63,232 nucleotides of DNA, filler included, from Folioceros fuciformis (GCA_049999805.1; 28 parts of 28 records of this genome joined end to end with filler, not necessarily neighbours in it); one strand, 5' to 3'; shown: positions 49,867-61,953, numbered from the whole stretch's first letter. Numbers and translations: made by a program. The notes: a model not told the origin generated them from the sequence alone.

Positions 49867-51020
49867 ATGGCTAGTACTCCCTCCACCGGCTCGATTCCTG
49901 TCTTCACTGACCACATTAGAGAGAAAGACCGATTCAACGGCCAACACTACCCTGTGTGGCGCGTTCGGATGAAGTCAATCCTTATTGGCTGAGGCGTTCG
50001 AAAGATCGTCGACGGCACCCTTCCAAAGCCCGACCCTTCTGCCACTCCACCCCCCGCCAGTCGCCGTCGTTGAGAGATGGGACTATTTGAATGGGATAGT
50101 TATGGCACTCCTGATCAGCGGCCTGAATTCAAGTCTTGTGCCTAGTGTTGAATTTCTCTCAGATACATCTGTCATCTGGGACCAATTGTCTAACACCTAC
50201 AATGTTACCAATGTTCTAACCTTGTATAGTATAAGGCAGGAATTCAACTCCTTAAGGATGAAGGAGACAAATACGATCTCTGCTCACACCTTGAAGTTCA
50301 GACAGCTGCGAGGGCAGCTCGCCTCCCTTGGCTCAACCATATCGGAGACCGATGCCGCTGCACAGCTGCTAATGAGCTTACCACCGTCTTACTAGAATTT
50401 TGTTACCAGCCTGATGTTGGTATAACCTTAGGGTAAGGCAGGTACCGCCCCTACCCTAACAGTGGAGGACATCATCGGTGCTCTTATCAACAAGAGCAGA
50501 GCCACTTATGTTCTGCAGGAGGGTCCAAGCCCAAAGCAGACAGGGCGCTTTCCACCCGCCTCAAACTCGGGAGGAATTCGGAGGGCGAGGCAAACTTCAC
50601 CCCTAAAGATGACTCAACCTTTGCCCCTCCTCATCGAGCTGGAAACTGCAATTGGTGCGGAGCTGCTGGCCATTGGGCATGAGAGCACCGCAAGAAAGAG
50701 GCCGGAGACCCGCAAAAGGCTAACTTGTGACAGGTAGCCAGTATTATAGTTAAGGGGAACGCCAGCACAGTGGAGACAAGAACCGTAAAGATACTTATGT
50801 CTTGCCTCAACCCATTTGCATCAGGATGCGGGGTGGTATCTCGACAGTGGAGCCACCGCCACATATGCAACGATCGTACTCTATTCACCAAGCTGGATAC
50901 TCGTCCTCTCAAGGAAAGGGTGTTACTCGATGACGAACAGAGTAGATCTAGCCTGCCAATCATGGGACAAGGCACTTGCGAATTCCCCCTCGAGGACAGT
51001 TCGGTGCTTACCTTGGAGCT
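49867..51020 (+). mobile_element. Ty1/Copia gag-protease, degenerate
   Basis: EKDRFNGQHYPVWRVRM, UBN2, CNWCGAAGHW and WYLDSGATA motifs; paralog of 15411-16382. Confidence 0.9.
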
Positions 51021-52279
51021 CATGTTTTTATAGATCGATAAATTGATTAACAGCGAGCACAAGGCATAAATATTTCTAATACAACACGCTCACATGTGTG
51101 CGTGTGAGACATAGTTCCTAGCGGTTAGTCATTTCTTGGTACATAACTACTTTGTAGTTGTAACTACCATGTAGCCCTAACTTACTCCGAAACGAAACTA
51201 TACTAATATATTTATNNNNNNNNNNNNNNNNNNNNNNNNNNNNNNNNNNNNNNNNNNNNTTAATTAATTAANNNNNNNNNNNNNNNNNNNNNNNNNNNNN
51301 NNNNNNNNNNNNNNNGAAGGCTGATAGGTCGGTGCTGCGTAGGGAAGTAAACCTTGAAGGCCGACACCTCCCGGAGGAGGATATGGAGGAAGAGGAGGCA
51401 GACCGCCGGGCTGGGGGACTTGCTGGTAAGGGTTAGGAAGAGGACTTGCTCCCAAACCACACCCAAAGCCGGCACCGAGTCCCGCTCCTAGGTTACTAAA
51501 ACCTGTGCCTGGGTTACCGAGTCTTGCTCCAAACGGTCGCAGAGGTGGAGGACCCGCTCCAAAACCGCCTCCTGGTCCAGCATAGGGGTACCCAGATCCG
51601 ACTCCAAACGAAGACAGAGGAGGGGCGAATCCTGCTCCCTGGCTGGGCAGAGGATTCCCAACTCCAATTCCTTGTGTTGGCAGGGGATTTGCGGGCCCTG
51701 TGCTTGGGGGAAAAGTGGAAGTGGATGCGGCGGCTCCAAACCCTTGCGATGTGGAGGCAGCGGCTCCGGGACCTAGCGATGTGGAGGCGGCTCCGGTGGA
51801 AGGTGATCTGGTAGGGGTCTGCGTCCCCGAGGAATTGAAGCCTGCAAAGCTTGCAAAAGCCTGGAAAAGGGATGCGGGGTTTGCGGTGGAAGCGTCGCTC
51901 GCTGCTGGTCCGCCAAAGAGAACCCCAGTGACGCCATGATCTATGAAATCTGGCGGCGGATCTGTGTTCTCCTCCATGGAGAAAACGCGGGCGAGGCAGC
52001 CTTATTTTTATCCTTGTGCAAAGATGTCAAGGGTTTCGTGGACTGCCGACGCCTAGATGGCCACGAGAAGGAACGCGTATCCCGATGACTGCAGATTCCT
52101 CCTGATGTCACGGATCGCTGAGATGGTGCTGCTGAGGATCGCGGTTGAGAATTGCTGATCGAGTTGCTGCAGGATCACTCCGGATCGGGCTGCTGTAGAT
52201 TAGGTTGCCAAGGATGGCTGCAGATCGCGGATGGCTACACCAAAAGTTGGCCGCGATTCTGCTGATGTCGTCTCCTTTC

Positions 52280-52891
52280 TCAGACGCGACGTTTCAATTT
52301 CCTGCTGAGTTGTTTCAGATCTAGCACTCCTGATCCAGGGATTTGTGATCTGGTGCAGGAGGGTGGATGGGGTTTAGCCATGCAGCGGGAGCCTTCACTA
52401 AGGGAGTCGCCTTCCAGACCGTGAACGACAGATTTGCCTTCCAGCCTAAGGATGCAATTCAGTCTTTCTATCACCTGCTCCAATTGGATCCTGACAACGT
52501 CAATGCTGCTCAGAATTTCCCTTGTCTTGAGCCAGGTGGTATTCTCAACCCTGTTTATGTCTTCCAGCAATTTCTCTTGTAGAGGACCCAAAATTCTGTT
52601 CAACTCTGTAGGTGAAAGACGTAGAGTCTGAAATTTGTCTGTCTCGGAGAAGCTTGCTGTTCTCTGCCTTCTTGACCTAACCAGGCTCGATGCACAGGTA
52701 CAGGGCACGCTGTTCTTGTGCAGATATGGGAAGAAAGGATTTCTCAAGGCTGGAGAACGAAGGTAGGGCAGTTCTTGTCTGGCTGGAAAATTTGAGGATC
52801 TCTGGAACGCCGGTGTTGCCGTAGGTCTGCTTGTGACACGATCTTGGTTGTTCCTAGCCCTAGATTGCCTATACCTATTTCTCCGAGACAT
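52280..52891 (-). CDS. Extra ORF (203 aa) between PBS and probable gag, unknown function
   Basis: MSRRNRYRQ... Arg-rich start, PCTC motif and C-terminal heptad-like helix; uninterrupted. Confidence 0.55.
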   Translation of the reverse strand: MSRRNRYRQSRARNNQDRVTSRPTATPAFQRSSNFPARQELPYLRSPALRNPFFPYLHKNSVPCTCASSLVRSRRQRTASFSETDKFQTLRLSPTELNRILGPLQEKLLEDINRVENTTWLKTREILSSIDVVRIQLEQVIERLNCILRLEGKSVVHGLEGDSLSEGSRCMAKPHPPSCTRSQIPGSGVLDLKQLSRKLKRRV

Positions 52892-53093
52892 CTTTGCTAG
52901 ATGTGTTTAATTGTTGCTTAGACATACCTAGCATAGCAGCGGAAGATGTAGGATATCCTCACTTTCTGATGTGAAGCAGGCGGCCAGTATGCCTTGGGCA
53001 CACGAATTAGAGACCATTTTTCTTGACAATGGTTTCTGATTTTTGTGCCTAATTGCATGTCTGGCCATGCTCTAAAATATCATAAAGTGATAG

Positions 53094-53094
<1 letters not shown>

Positions 53095-53139
<45 letters not shown>
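53095..53139 (+). repeat. (ATT)15 microsatellite in the retroelement 5' UTR
   Basis: Read directly from the sequence. Confidence 0.95.
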
Positions 53140-53397
53140 TTATAAGTGAGCCAGACCTAGAACGATCTAGACATGCTCTGATACCATGTGAAGAATGCAA
53201 GTTGCTAGGCAAATCAACCAATGCATTGTACAAAACAACAATGAATAAAGAATCAATAATTACAAAGAAAAGGTTGTGTCTTATATATCACTCTAAGTGA
53301 TCTTTGGATAATTAACCTAAACTAATACTAACCATGACGCTGGTTACAAATATATAATCCTAACGGGGGTTATTTCTAACATTTACCGATTAAGGAC

Positions 53398-53850
53398 ACC
53401 CCTTGCCCAGTGTGTGAGAAACTTTGCTCCGGGATCAAGGGGGTGAAGTGCCATATTGGTCACAAGCATAAGGACTTCGATAGGACCACTTGGGTGACAC
53501 AAGTGCGACCTGGTTCTTCCTCCGAACCAGCCACCACTCCTCTTCTAACAGATCCTCTGGGGCCGTCCTCTGAGGCTTGGTTGTGGCTTCGAGGGCAATC
53601 TGATGACTTGCTGGCTCTTTTCCATGCTCGTTTTCCATGTCCTCACCTCTTCTGACGTCTCCTTAGGCGCCTACATGATGATATTCGCCTTGCTTATTGC
53701 CTTCCCTTGGATCGCCTTGCTCGGGACTCAAGGGATGAGGGTGCTTGGATTTTGTTCCTTTTCCTGGCTAGATGGTGCCTTCAGCGCTTTAGGGGTGGTC
53801 CGTCAGGTCATAGGGAGGTGGCCTCTCAACTTCACCGAAGATTGACAAGC
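53398..53850 (+). mobile_element. Probable CRE-like non-LTR retrotransposon N-terminal remnant (C2H2 finger)
   Basis: CPVCEKLCSGIKGVKCHIGHKH C2H2 finger, then in the same frame (one stop) AWILFLFLARWCLQRFRGGPSG. Confidence 0.5.
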
Positions 53851-54029
53851 TCTTCAGGAAGAGGATCTACTAGCAGCAAAATCTCGATTGGAGTCTGTTG
53901 AAATAGCACCACATGCCTAGAAGGACTCCATAGTTCCTTACTTATGGTGCACAGGATGCTACATATATAGCCTTCAGGCGGGGCAACCCTCGATAAGGTA
54001 AGCCTTAGTCTCAAGGGTGCAATATCCTA

Positions 54030-54680
54030 GTATATCCTGATAACACTTAGGTGATAGATAACTACGAGTTCAATATGGGATAATCTACACTATCCTAAGT
54101 GTTGTATGCTCTTAATAACAATTCAGTTAGAGCTTGATTTCTAACACTCCCCCTCAAGCTCTGACTATTTGTAACACTCCAAGTAGTTCACAAAAGTGTA
54201 AGAACTTACTTCTACCTAGCGACTTAGTAAAGATATCTGCTACCTGGTCTTCAGTCTTCACGTGCCGAAGATCTATCTTCTCAGATAATACCGCTTCCCT
54301 GATGAAATGATAATGTACTTCTATGTGCTTCGAATGAGCATGAAACACAGGATTAGTAGCCAACCTCATGCTACTCATGTTGTCACAGTAGATTGTAACC
54401 TTGTTGTTCACTATATTTCCAAGATCATGTAGCAACTTCTGCAACCAAGCTGCTTCACAGGCTGCCATTGTAGCTCCTCGATAGTCTGCTTCTGTGCTTG
54501 ACAAAGCAACTGTTGGTTGTTTCTTGCTTTGCCAGTTGATCATACTACTTCCCAGACTGAATGCATATCCACTGGTTGATCTTCTGTCATACGCACAACC
54601 AGCCCAAACAGCATTTGTATATCCTGTCAGTTCAAGAGGCTTCCTATGCTCATAGAGCAATCCAAACTCAGTAGTTCCTT
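54030..54680 (-). mobile_element. Ty1/Copia RNase H end, PPT and 3' LTR start (54146); same family as 20074-21873
   Basis: KKQPTVALSSTEA, KHIEVHYHFIRE and ADIFTKSL motifs; TGAGGGGGAG followed by TGTTAGAAATC. Confidence 0.92.
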
Positions 54681-54780
54681 NNNNNNNNNNNNNNNNNNNN
54701 NNNNNNNNNNNNNNNNNNNNNNNNTTAATTAATTAANNNNNNNNNNNNNNNNNNNNNNNNNNNNNNNNNNNNNNNNNNNN

Positions 54781-55399
54781 AGGCTAGCCAATAACTGAAC
54801 AGCAGCTTCAAATTCGGTGATGGTTGTCCCAAGAGCAACAAGCTGGGCTTGCAAATATCGAAACTTGCTAACGTGCTGAGCAACGCTGTCATTGGGGCCC
54901 ATGCGCAAAGAATTGAATTCTAGGCGTACCATGACCAGCGTCATCACGTTCGTGGACTTATAGATGTCAGTGATTTGCTTCCAAGCTTCAACAGATGTGG
55001 ACGCACCATCAATGTGATGTAAGGTAACCTTGTCGAGGCCAGAGATCAACATCTGCATAGCCTATCAATCTTGATGAACCCAAGCATCAATGACAACCGG
55101 ATTAGCGGAGGGCTTGGGGAATGGTTCCCTCCACAATGGGGAGAAGATCTTGAGTGTTGAGCATAGTCTTCATGCGCTTTGACCACACCTCAAGCTTGGC
55201 TCATGCACACCTTGGAGAAGTTTCCAAGATTCCTCCTGGTTTCAGCCCTCGTCCTGGTTGGTCTATTCTCTGTCGCTGGTGATGGTTGCTCGGAAGCTGC
55301 TGCTACCACCTCTAGGTGCTCCCGAACTCGGCCTCTAGATCCTGGCTGCCGACCTTGATCCTAGATCTAAGGGTGGGTAGCTCATAGGCTCTGATACCA
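54781..55399 (-). mobile_element. Copia PBS (TGGTATCAGAGCC, 55399-55387) and degenerate gag
   Basis: PBS plus UBN2-type gag translation LISGLDK...AWKQITDIY...EFNSLRM. Confidence 0.82.
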
Positions 55400-55531
55400 A
55401 AGATGTTACGGGGCAGCTCTGGATTCCAGTTGTGGGAAAATGGACGTTCTCTTCATGTTCGGATTTGCTACAAATACATGTGTGTGAGCAGTGCCAAGAA
55501 GGTTGTGCCTGCCCGCCTAACTAAGCTTACT

Positions 55532-55675
55532 AGGCTTTGGCAAGCCCTTTGGTAAACAAATCGACTCATGCAAGGCTTTGGCAAGCCCTTTGGTAAACAA
55601 ATCGACTCATGCAAAGCTTTGGCAAGCCCTTTGGTAAACAAATCGGCTCATGCAAGGCTTTGGGAAGCCCTTTGA
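55532..55675 (+). repeat. 41-bp tandem repeat, about 3.5 copies
   Basis: Unit GGCTTTGGCAAGCCCTTTGGTAAACAAATCGACTCATGCAA. Confidence 0.9.
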
Positions 55676-56559
55676 TAGAAAAATCGCCTATATTCCCAAA
55701 AGTGTGCACATACTCCAATTTCATCTCCTTGCTTGCTAGCTATAGTTGGCAAATAAAATGATGTTGGATCTCGATATGTTTACTATAAGTGTAAAAGATT
55801 GGATTAAGAGTCATCACAATAACCGATCATCTGTCACAAAAGGGGAGAGTGGGCCTTGCTTGTACTTCGCCCAAACTGAATAAAAGTTGTTGTATCCAAA
55901 TAATTTCCTTGATGGCTAGGGAAGTGGGCTGCATACCTCACTTCCAGGATTGATAAGCTAACCATGGGCAATAGTGTAAGAAATGGAAAATTGTTGAGCT
56001 ATGTCTTCAACTTGACAAAAATCAGCATGTTTTCCCTCGAAGGGGGCATCATGGCGAGGGAGGTTAATAGATTTGTTTACCGAAGGGCTTTCCAAAGGGC
56101 TTCCCAAGGCCTTGTATGAGCAACACACCTGTGGAACATGAAATTTCAGGATACGAGATGGGCTCCTATCCTGTCGTGTTGACTGCTTTGCCTAGAGTTT
56201 GGTTCGATTTATGTCTAATTTTCTCGATTGTGTCTATTTGATTCTTGTGTGGTGTTTCTTGGCCTTTGGTTGTCAACTTACGCATCAAACGTACCTACGC
56301 ATTTGGTAGGTATGAGAAGTTGCTATCTAACCAGCTTTCCCACGATCATTTCAGTGTTTCTGTCAGAGACAGAGAGTGAAACTGTGAGGACAGTTGGTCT
56401 AATTCTTGGTAGGTTGACCTACGGCCATTCGGAGTGGATTTTGTGAGTTTGCCAATAGGAAAATCAACTCCTACGACTAAGTAGGGTAATAGGGATCAGC
56501 CATTAGTTAGTGTTAGTTAAGTAGCTATGGATAACAAGCCTACGCAGCAGGTAGGTCAG

Positions 56560-59240
56560 ATAACGGGAAGATGTCTTGTACTTAGGGAAATCAGGGTAGA
56601 TTTGGGACACGTGTGAGCATGCATCACAGGAGTAAAACGGCGAGGAGTATGCACATGTGGCCAGTACCTTCTGCAGCCACTGCCATCACCAAGCCGACTT
56701 GCTCCTTACGCCTGCTCTTCAACTCTCGACGACGAATCGCCTACCTCAACTCTCGTGAAGGACTAGAAGGAAGAGACAAGATTGACAGGAGGACGAGGTG
56801 TTTTTTGCTGTAGGATCACGCGCCTTATATGGGCAGAAACACAAGTCGAAGGCCAAGGAGTGTTGAGCTTTTCTTGATATTTGCAGGAGTTCTTGGCTCT
56901 CGGTGTTTTTGGAAACAGCAGTTGCCTATGAAAGATGGCCAAGACGACCAAGACAACTCATGTTGGGCAGAATGACAGAAATCAGAAGAGGGGAGAAGAA
57001 GGAAGTAGTTCCGCAATACCTGTCCCGACTTTCACTTGTTTGGAGGACAACTAACCCCTCTCGACCTCATGGAATTTCAACCTTGGGCAAGAGAGGGCAA
57101 CATCCAGTTGGAGTGGATTTATGGTTGCCATTGGGCTTTTTCTCACCAAGGTCTTGTGGCGGAGTGTTACAGGAACGTGAGCAAACAGATGAGCAGTTGG
57201 CAGCCCTACCTGAATGGAATGCTAGGACAGACTCTCGGTGCTGGACAGTCAGGAGTATTCGCCAGGGTTACGGCAGGCCTAAGTTAGAGAGTGATGGTAT
57301 CAGCTTGGCGGACAAAACCATATATGGCAAAAGGTCTTCGACACCTTCCCTTCAAGATGGAGCAATGGACATGTTGGTTGGAGGATTGTGGGCCAAGACG
57401 AAGAATTGCTAGAGGACAAACTAGATCAAAGACCCCAAGTAGAGGTTGTTTGATAAGATTGTTTTGGGACTTCTCAATTACTAGCGCACTTCTTACTTCA
57501 GGAATGGTTTCTTGCATTTCCTATAGAGAGTGACTCAAGGGGAGAAGCTGGATTGGGGACTGATCATGTATGAAGCCTAAACCTACCATAGGGAGAAGCT
57601 GCTACGACCCAATACTGCAGATGAAGGAGGAGCTCGACCCTGTACCCCTTATCTTGTGCATCTCTAGTCTACTGAAGGGTTGTTGACAGATGATGAATAT
57701 GCAGATGCAGAGAGACCCTTTGCAGTCATTACCTTGAGAGATGTGGAGCCTACATGACAGGAAGGACAGGAAACCCAACCTACCATGCCAGTACCAAACT
57801 CAACCTACGACACAAGTGGGGAAGAAGATGGAGGAGCACTGCCTATTGCGAGCAGAAGAAGAGGGAAGTCCCCGATGTCAGGAAGGGAATGAATCATTGA
57901 AATTCCTCATGAAGAGCCCCTCCAAAAGAGAGTCCAGCAGAAATGGAGCCACCTAACCAAGAGAACCCCACCCCTGAAGAAGGCCCACCACAAGAAGAGG
58001 AAGACCAAGAGCAAGAGAAGAGAGATCCGTTGTGTGAGATGCTGGGGTACTGTGTGAAGATTAGTAAGATTGATTGGCAGGCAGGAAGGAGAATGTTAGA
58101 AGATCTGAAGATAGAAGGGAAGGAGGAAGCCAACTATTTGCTTGCATTCCTCAATAATTGGGAGGTGGAACGAGAAGATTTCAGGCAAGTTAATCAACAA
58201 CAGGGAGACCTATTGATCTACTTGCGGGCCCAAATTGCTGAGTTAAAACACTCACTGGACACTACTCAATTTGAATTACTGGAAGCATGTCGGCAAGTTA
58301 TGGGTTTGGAAGAGAAGAGATAGCAAGATGAGGCTACACTGCGAGAGAGGGTGTCACACTTATGAAATCTGGAGGCTTAGCTAGAAGGGCGCAAGGATGA
58401 AGTGAAGAGCAAGGACATAGAGATTCAACAACTAATTGAAGAACAGTATCGCCTACGGTAGGAGAGGAAGAAGGATCAGCTACGATTTGAGGAGGTGGAG
58501 CAGCAAAAGGAGAACTTGGAACTTCAACATGCCTCCCAGATCCATAGGATGTTGGTTGTTAGGAAGTGTAGGTTCCGAGCAAACTATGCCATCCAATTTG
58601 GTTTGCTAACCAACTTCGTCTCCTACAAAAAGAGAATGTGACCCTATAGTTGAAGGTAGGAAGATTGACCTTGGAGAGAGATGCCTAACAACAACGTGCG
58701 CATGGTGACCCTATGGATTTGGAAGAACTCGAGTTGACTTTGGAGGAGGAAAGGATGCATCTACACAACAAGATTTTGAAGATCAACCAAGAGCTGCTAA
58801 AGATTGCCAAGAGGAAGGCTATTGAGCCTCATGATGATGACCGAGCTAAGCTGAAGAAATACATGCCTCCCATGATAGAATGGACAGAAGACAGTGACAT
58901 GGATAAAGAAGATTCTCAGTGGGAGGAGGTACCTGAGTAGGAGGAAGAGGAATGGGTGAGAGAAGCCGCTGAAACATTGATTGATCTGGCAGACCTACCA
59001 CCACAGAAGGAACTTGTTGTCGAACCACCTACAGAGGCAAAAGGGAGTAAACCTACGAAAGGTGGAGGGGGACAACTGGAGGAAGGAGAACCTACGGTGG
59101 AGGAGGAAAGAGAGCAAGAAGAGGTGCAAGAAGCAACATAGGACCAAAGTGTGCAAATAGAGAGTAAGCCTACATGCGCCGATGAAGACCCTACGCGTTT
59201 GGGAGGAGAAGATCAAAGCTTGAAGAAGGCAGCCAGCTAA
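56560..59240 (+). pseudogene. Degenerate coding-like region, including an acidic coiled-coil ORF from 57943; probably retroelement accessory ORFs
   Basis: A run of same-strand ORF fragments (MEPPNQENPTPEEG..., MDLEELELTLEEE...) separated by stops; no family recognised. Confidence 0.4.
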
Positions 59241-59889
59241 TGCCGATTATCTTGGAGTCTCAAGTGAAGTGCCCTTTTGTTGAAGACATTGATACTTTAG
59301 CCTTGTAGGATTCTAAGAGGTAGCAATGAGGAGATTGAGCAGCAACAAGAGGCCAGGAGCTGATTGCGCAACGGTTAGGAGGGGGATAGGCTAGGCTAGG
59401 GCAGTTGAATTATTGTGAAAGACTAAGAATAGTTGATAGCTTCCTTATTAGATGTGATACTTGCTAGGTTTACTTTTTGGATTGCTTAAATCACGCCATC
59501 GGCGCCTAGGCCCCTAACTGAAAATAGATGGAAATCTAGGAGTATAAGATGGGTTGCTGATGCTCATCTCATGGTGGATTTCTAGTGTTTTGAAAGAGCC
59601 TAGGGTGGAGTTTGTGAACTTAGCTATAAAGCTCCTTTTGTGCTGATTTTTGAAGGCTTCATTCCTTCATCCTGAGGAAATTGTCACTCTTTCCCTCCTC
59701 GCCGGATATCTCATCAGTGGTGCTGCTAGTTTTTGCCACCACGAGCAACAAATCGCTCAGGGGGATGAACTAGGGAATCCTACAACGACNNNNNNNNNNN
59801 NNNNNNNNNNNNNNNNNNNNNNNNNNNNNNNNNTTAATTAATTAANNNNNNNNNNNNNNNNNNNNNNNNNNNNNNNNNNNNNNNNNNNN

Positions 59890-60545
59890 TCATAGAGTCT
59901 TAGGTGCTCTGTTTCCCATACAGCAACAGCATGACATCCCATTTGGCATGTTGTCCCATTGGGGTGCACTGCATTGCCACTCATGATGCAGTTCGAGATG
60001 TCATGTTTTCAATGGCTAGGGAGTGTGGGTTTCTTCCGTATAGGGAGCGTCCATATACTTTGCGCAATGAGGTTTCACTTAGAGCCGACCTTTACTTCAC
60101 TAGGGGAGAACAAGTTTGTGTTGCTGATGTGGTTGTTACGGATCCCACTAGGGATTCGATTTGTGAGCACGTCATCATCAACCCCCCCTGGTTGGGCAGC
60201 AAGGGGTTGTGCAAGTGCCAAAGTCCATAAGTATTCTCCCTTGCAAGACGAGCATACTTTCATCCCCCTTGCTCTTGAGACTCATGGAGCTATGGGCAAG
60301 GACTTTTCAAGGTTTATCAAGGAGTGCGCCAAGGTTTATCAGAGCAATAGAAATGGTGTTCTCCCTCTTTCCTCTATGGTGGCCTTCTTTCGACAACGTG
60401 TATCCATTGCTTTGTAACGAGCATTGGCCAATGCAGTTTTTAGAACAGCAACAAGTGCAGGTCAAGCGGCTTCTTCGGCACCAGTGGTAGGTAGGCCTTT
60501 TGTTACTCCACATCATGACATTTTGGGAGTAGTAGGTAGTTTTTG
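59890..60545 (+). mobile_element. CRE-like non-LTR retrotransposon C-terminus (zinc knuckle + restriction-like endonuclease), frameshifted
   Basis: HLACC..THDAVRD, LRAD...DVVV, K.HKY, FIPLALETHG and RQRVSIAL*RALA motifs typical of RLE-type elements. Confidence 0.78.
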
Positions 60546-60891
60546 AAAATGATATTCACATGGGAGAGTACCTCTTTTTGCCTTTGGCCCTAATGGGGTT
60601 GTTCCTCCAATCTTTGGAGTAAATGGGACTTTCCATCTCTTTTTCAATCATAGAAAATATTGATTGGTAAAATGTGACAAGGTCTCCCAATTACTGATGC
60701 CAAAGGGGTGTGAACCTTTTGTACTCAATTTTGTCTTGTATAATTTGTTCTTTTGCAGAACTAGAGAAACCTCCTTGGAAGAAAGCAACATGGGAAGAAA
60801 GGAGGAGGAGGAGGGGTCCTCCTCCTTATTGAAAGAAAGGAGGAGGCTACACCCCTTTCGTACCAATGTGACATGCCTTAGCCTAGGCCTT

Positions 60892-61502
60892 TGTGGAGGC
60901 AAAACCCCGGGCACTGATTGCCGACGGGTTCCACCTTTAGTGGCCACACTTATCCCACTGTCGTTGAGACATTGGGTTTCGTTCCCACGAAGGAGCGATG
61001 GGGTTCCTTGCTGCTGTGGATGGAGGGTCGGACTTGATCGACTCGATGACGGATTCGAGGGCTCCCCTCCAGCTCCGATCAGGCGTAGGACAGGCCTCGC
61101 TGTCCGGCGTTCAGCTGCACCTCTCTCGGTGCCCACAAACTCACTCCAGTCACTACAACGACTCTAACCTCTCAGATCTGCGTCTTCCTTCACTCACTTC
61201 ACTCACTCTCTCGCTCCAGCACCAACACCAGCAACTACTAGCAACCAGCAACGACACCACTACCTTGTATACTTCCCTACGGACTCCTCCTACCCGGCAA
61301 GAGTCACTAGACTAACCCCAAACAAAAGGACGAAGGGAACACACTCCCCTCTTGGGTATCTCCTCCCCACAACCTTACCAGACGCCATGAGACATGGCCG
61401 GCCTACAGCACTTGACCAAGCAAGGAACAAGAGTGGACAGGTCGGGAGGAAGACACACCCTTTACAATCAAGAGCTAGGGGCAAGCCCCCACACCCTGGT
61501 CA
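60892..61502 (+). mobile_element. Family A LTR-like repeat, 5' terminus
   Basis: Begins TGTGGAGG and runs to the gap. Confidence 0.92.
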
Positions 61503-61709
61503 NNNNNNNNNNNNNNNNNNNNNNNNNNNNNNNNNNNNNNNNNNNNTTAATTAATTAANNNNNNNNNNNNNNNNNNNNNNNNNNNNNNNNNNNNNNNNNN
61601 NNCCCTAAACCTAGACCTCTTTGTGGACCCTAAACCCAGATCGTATCCCCGATACAGCACGCCAAGGAATTCTTGCATTGATTCGGTGGGTTTCTGTTGG
61701 ATGCTGCAG

Positions 61710-61834
61710 GCTACTTCGACGTGCGGGATTACGATGGCCAGTGGATTCGATTCAAGATCACCAAGGGAGACTTCATCATCCTCCCTCCCGGGATGTACCA
61801 CAGATTCACGCTGGACGAATCCTTGTACATCAAG
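61710..61834 (+). CDS. ARD: Acireductone dioxygenase (ARD, cupin) internal exon
   Basis: AG/GT-bounded exon encoding [42 protein letters not shown]; other exons are not visible in this contig. Confidence 0.88.
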
Positions 61835-61857
61835 GTCCGGCATCGCCCCTCTCTCTC

Positions 61858-61953
61858 TCCCTCGCTCCCTTTCTCTCTCACGAGCATGATTTAGCTCCCT
61901 TTCTCTCTCACGAGCATGATTTACCTCCCTTTCTCTCTCACGAGCATGATTTA
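61858..61953 (+). repeat. 30-bp tandem repeat x3
   Basis: Unit CTCCCTTTCTCTCTCACGAGCATGATTTA(G/C). Confidence 0.88.

Larger units (their letters stand above)
51316..53381 (-). mobile_element. LTR retrotransposon 5' region (probably Copia): LTR 53381-53187, PBS TGGTATCAGAGC, extra ORF, Gly/Pro-rich probable gag lead-in (51977 to gap)
   Basis: TGTTAG...CA LTR of about 195 bp, canonical Met-tRNAi PBS at 53186-53175, and two successive ATG-initiated ORFs. Confidence 0.78.

Noticed and set aside
57296-57306. TGGTATCAG as a primer-binding site
   Set aside because: The match is only partial (TGGTATCAGCTT), with no adjacent LTR end or downstream gag.
60664-61315. Recurring ORFs such as CGGKTPGTDCRRVPP..., MGFLAAVDGGSD... 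and MGTERGAAD... as a multigene family
   Set aside because: They are translations of the family A repeat in several overlapping frames, fused to unrelated flanks, with no domain signal.
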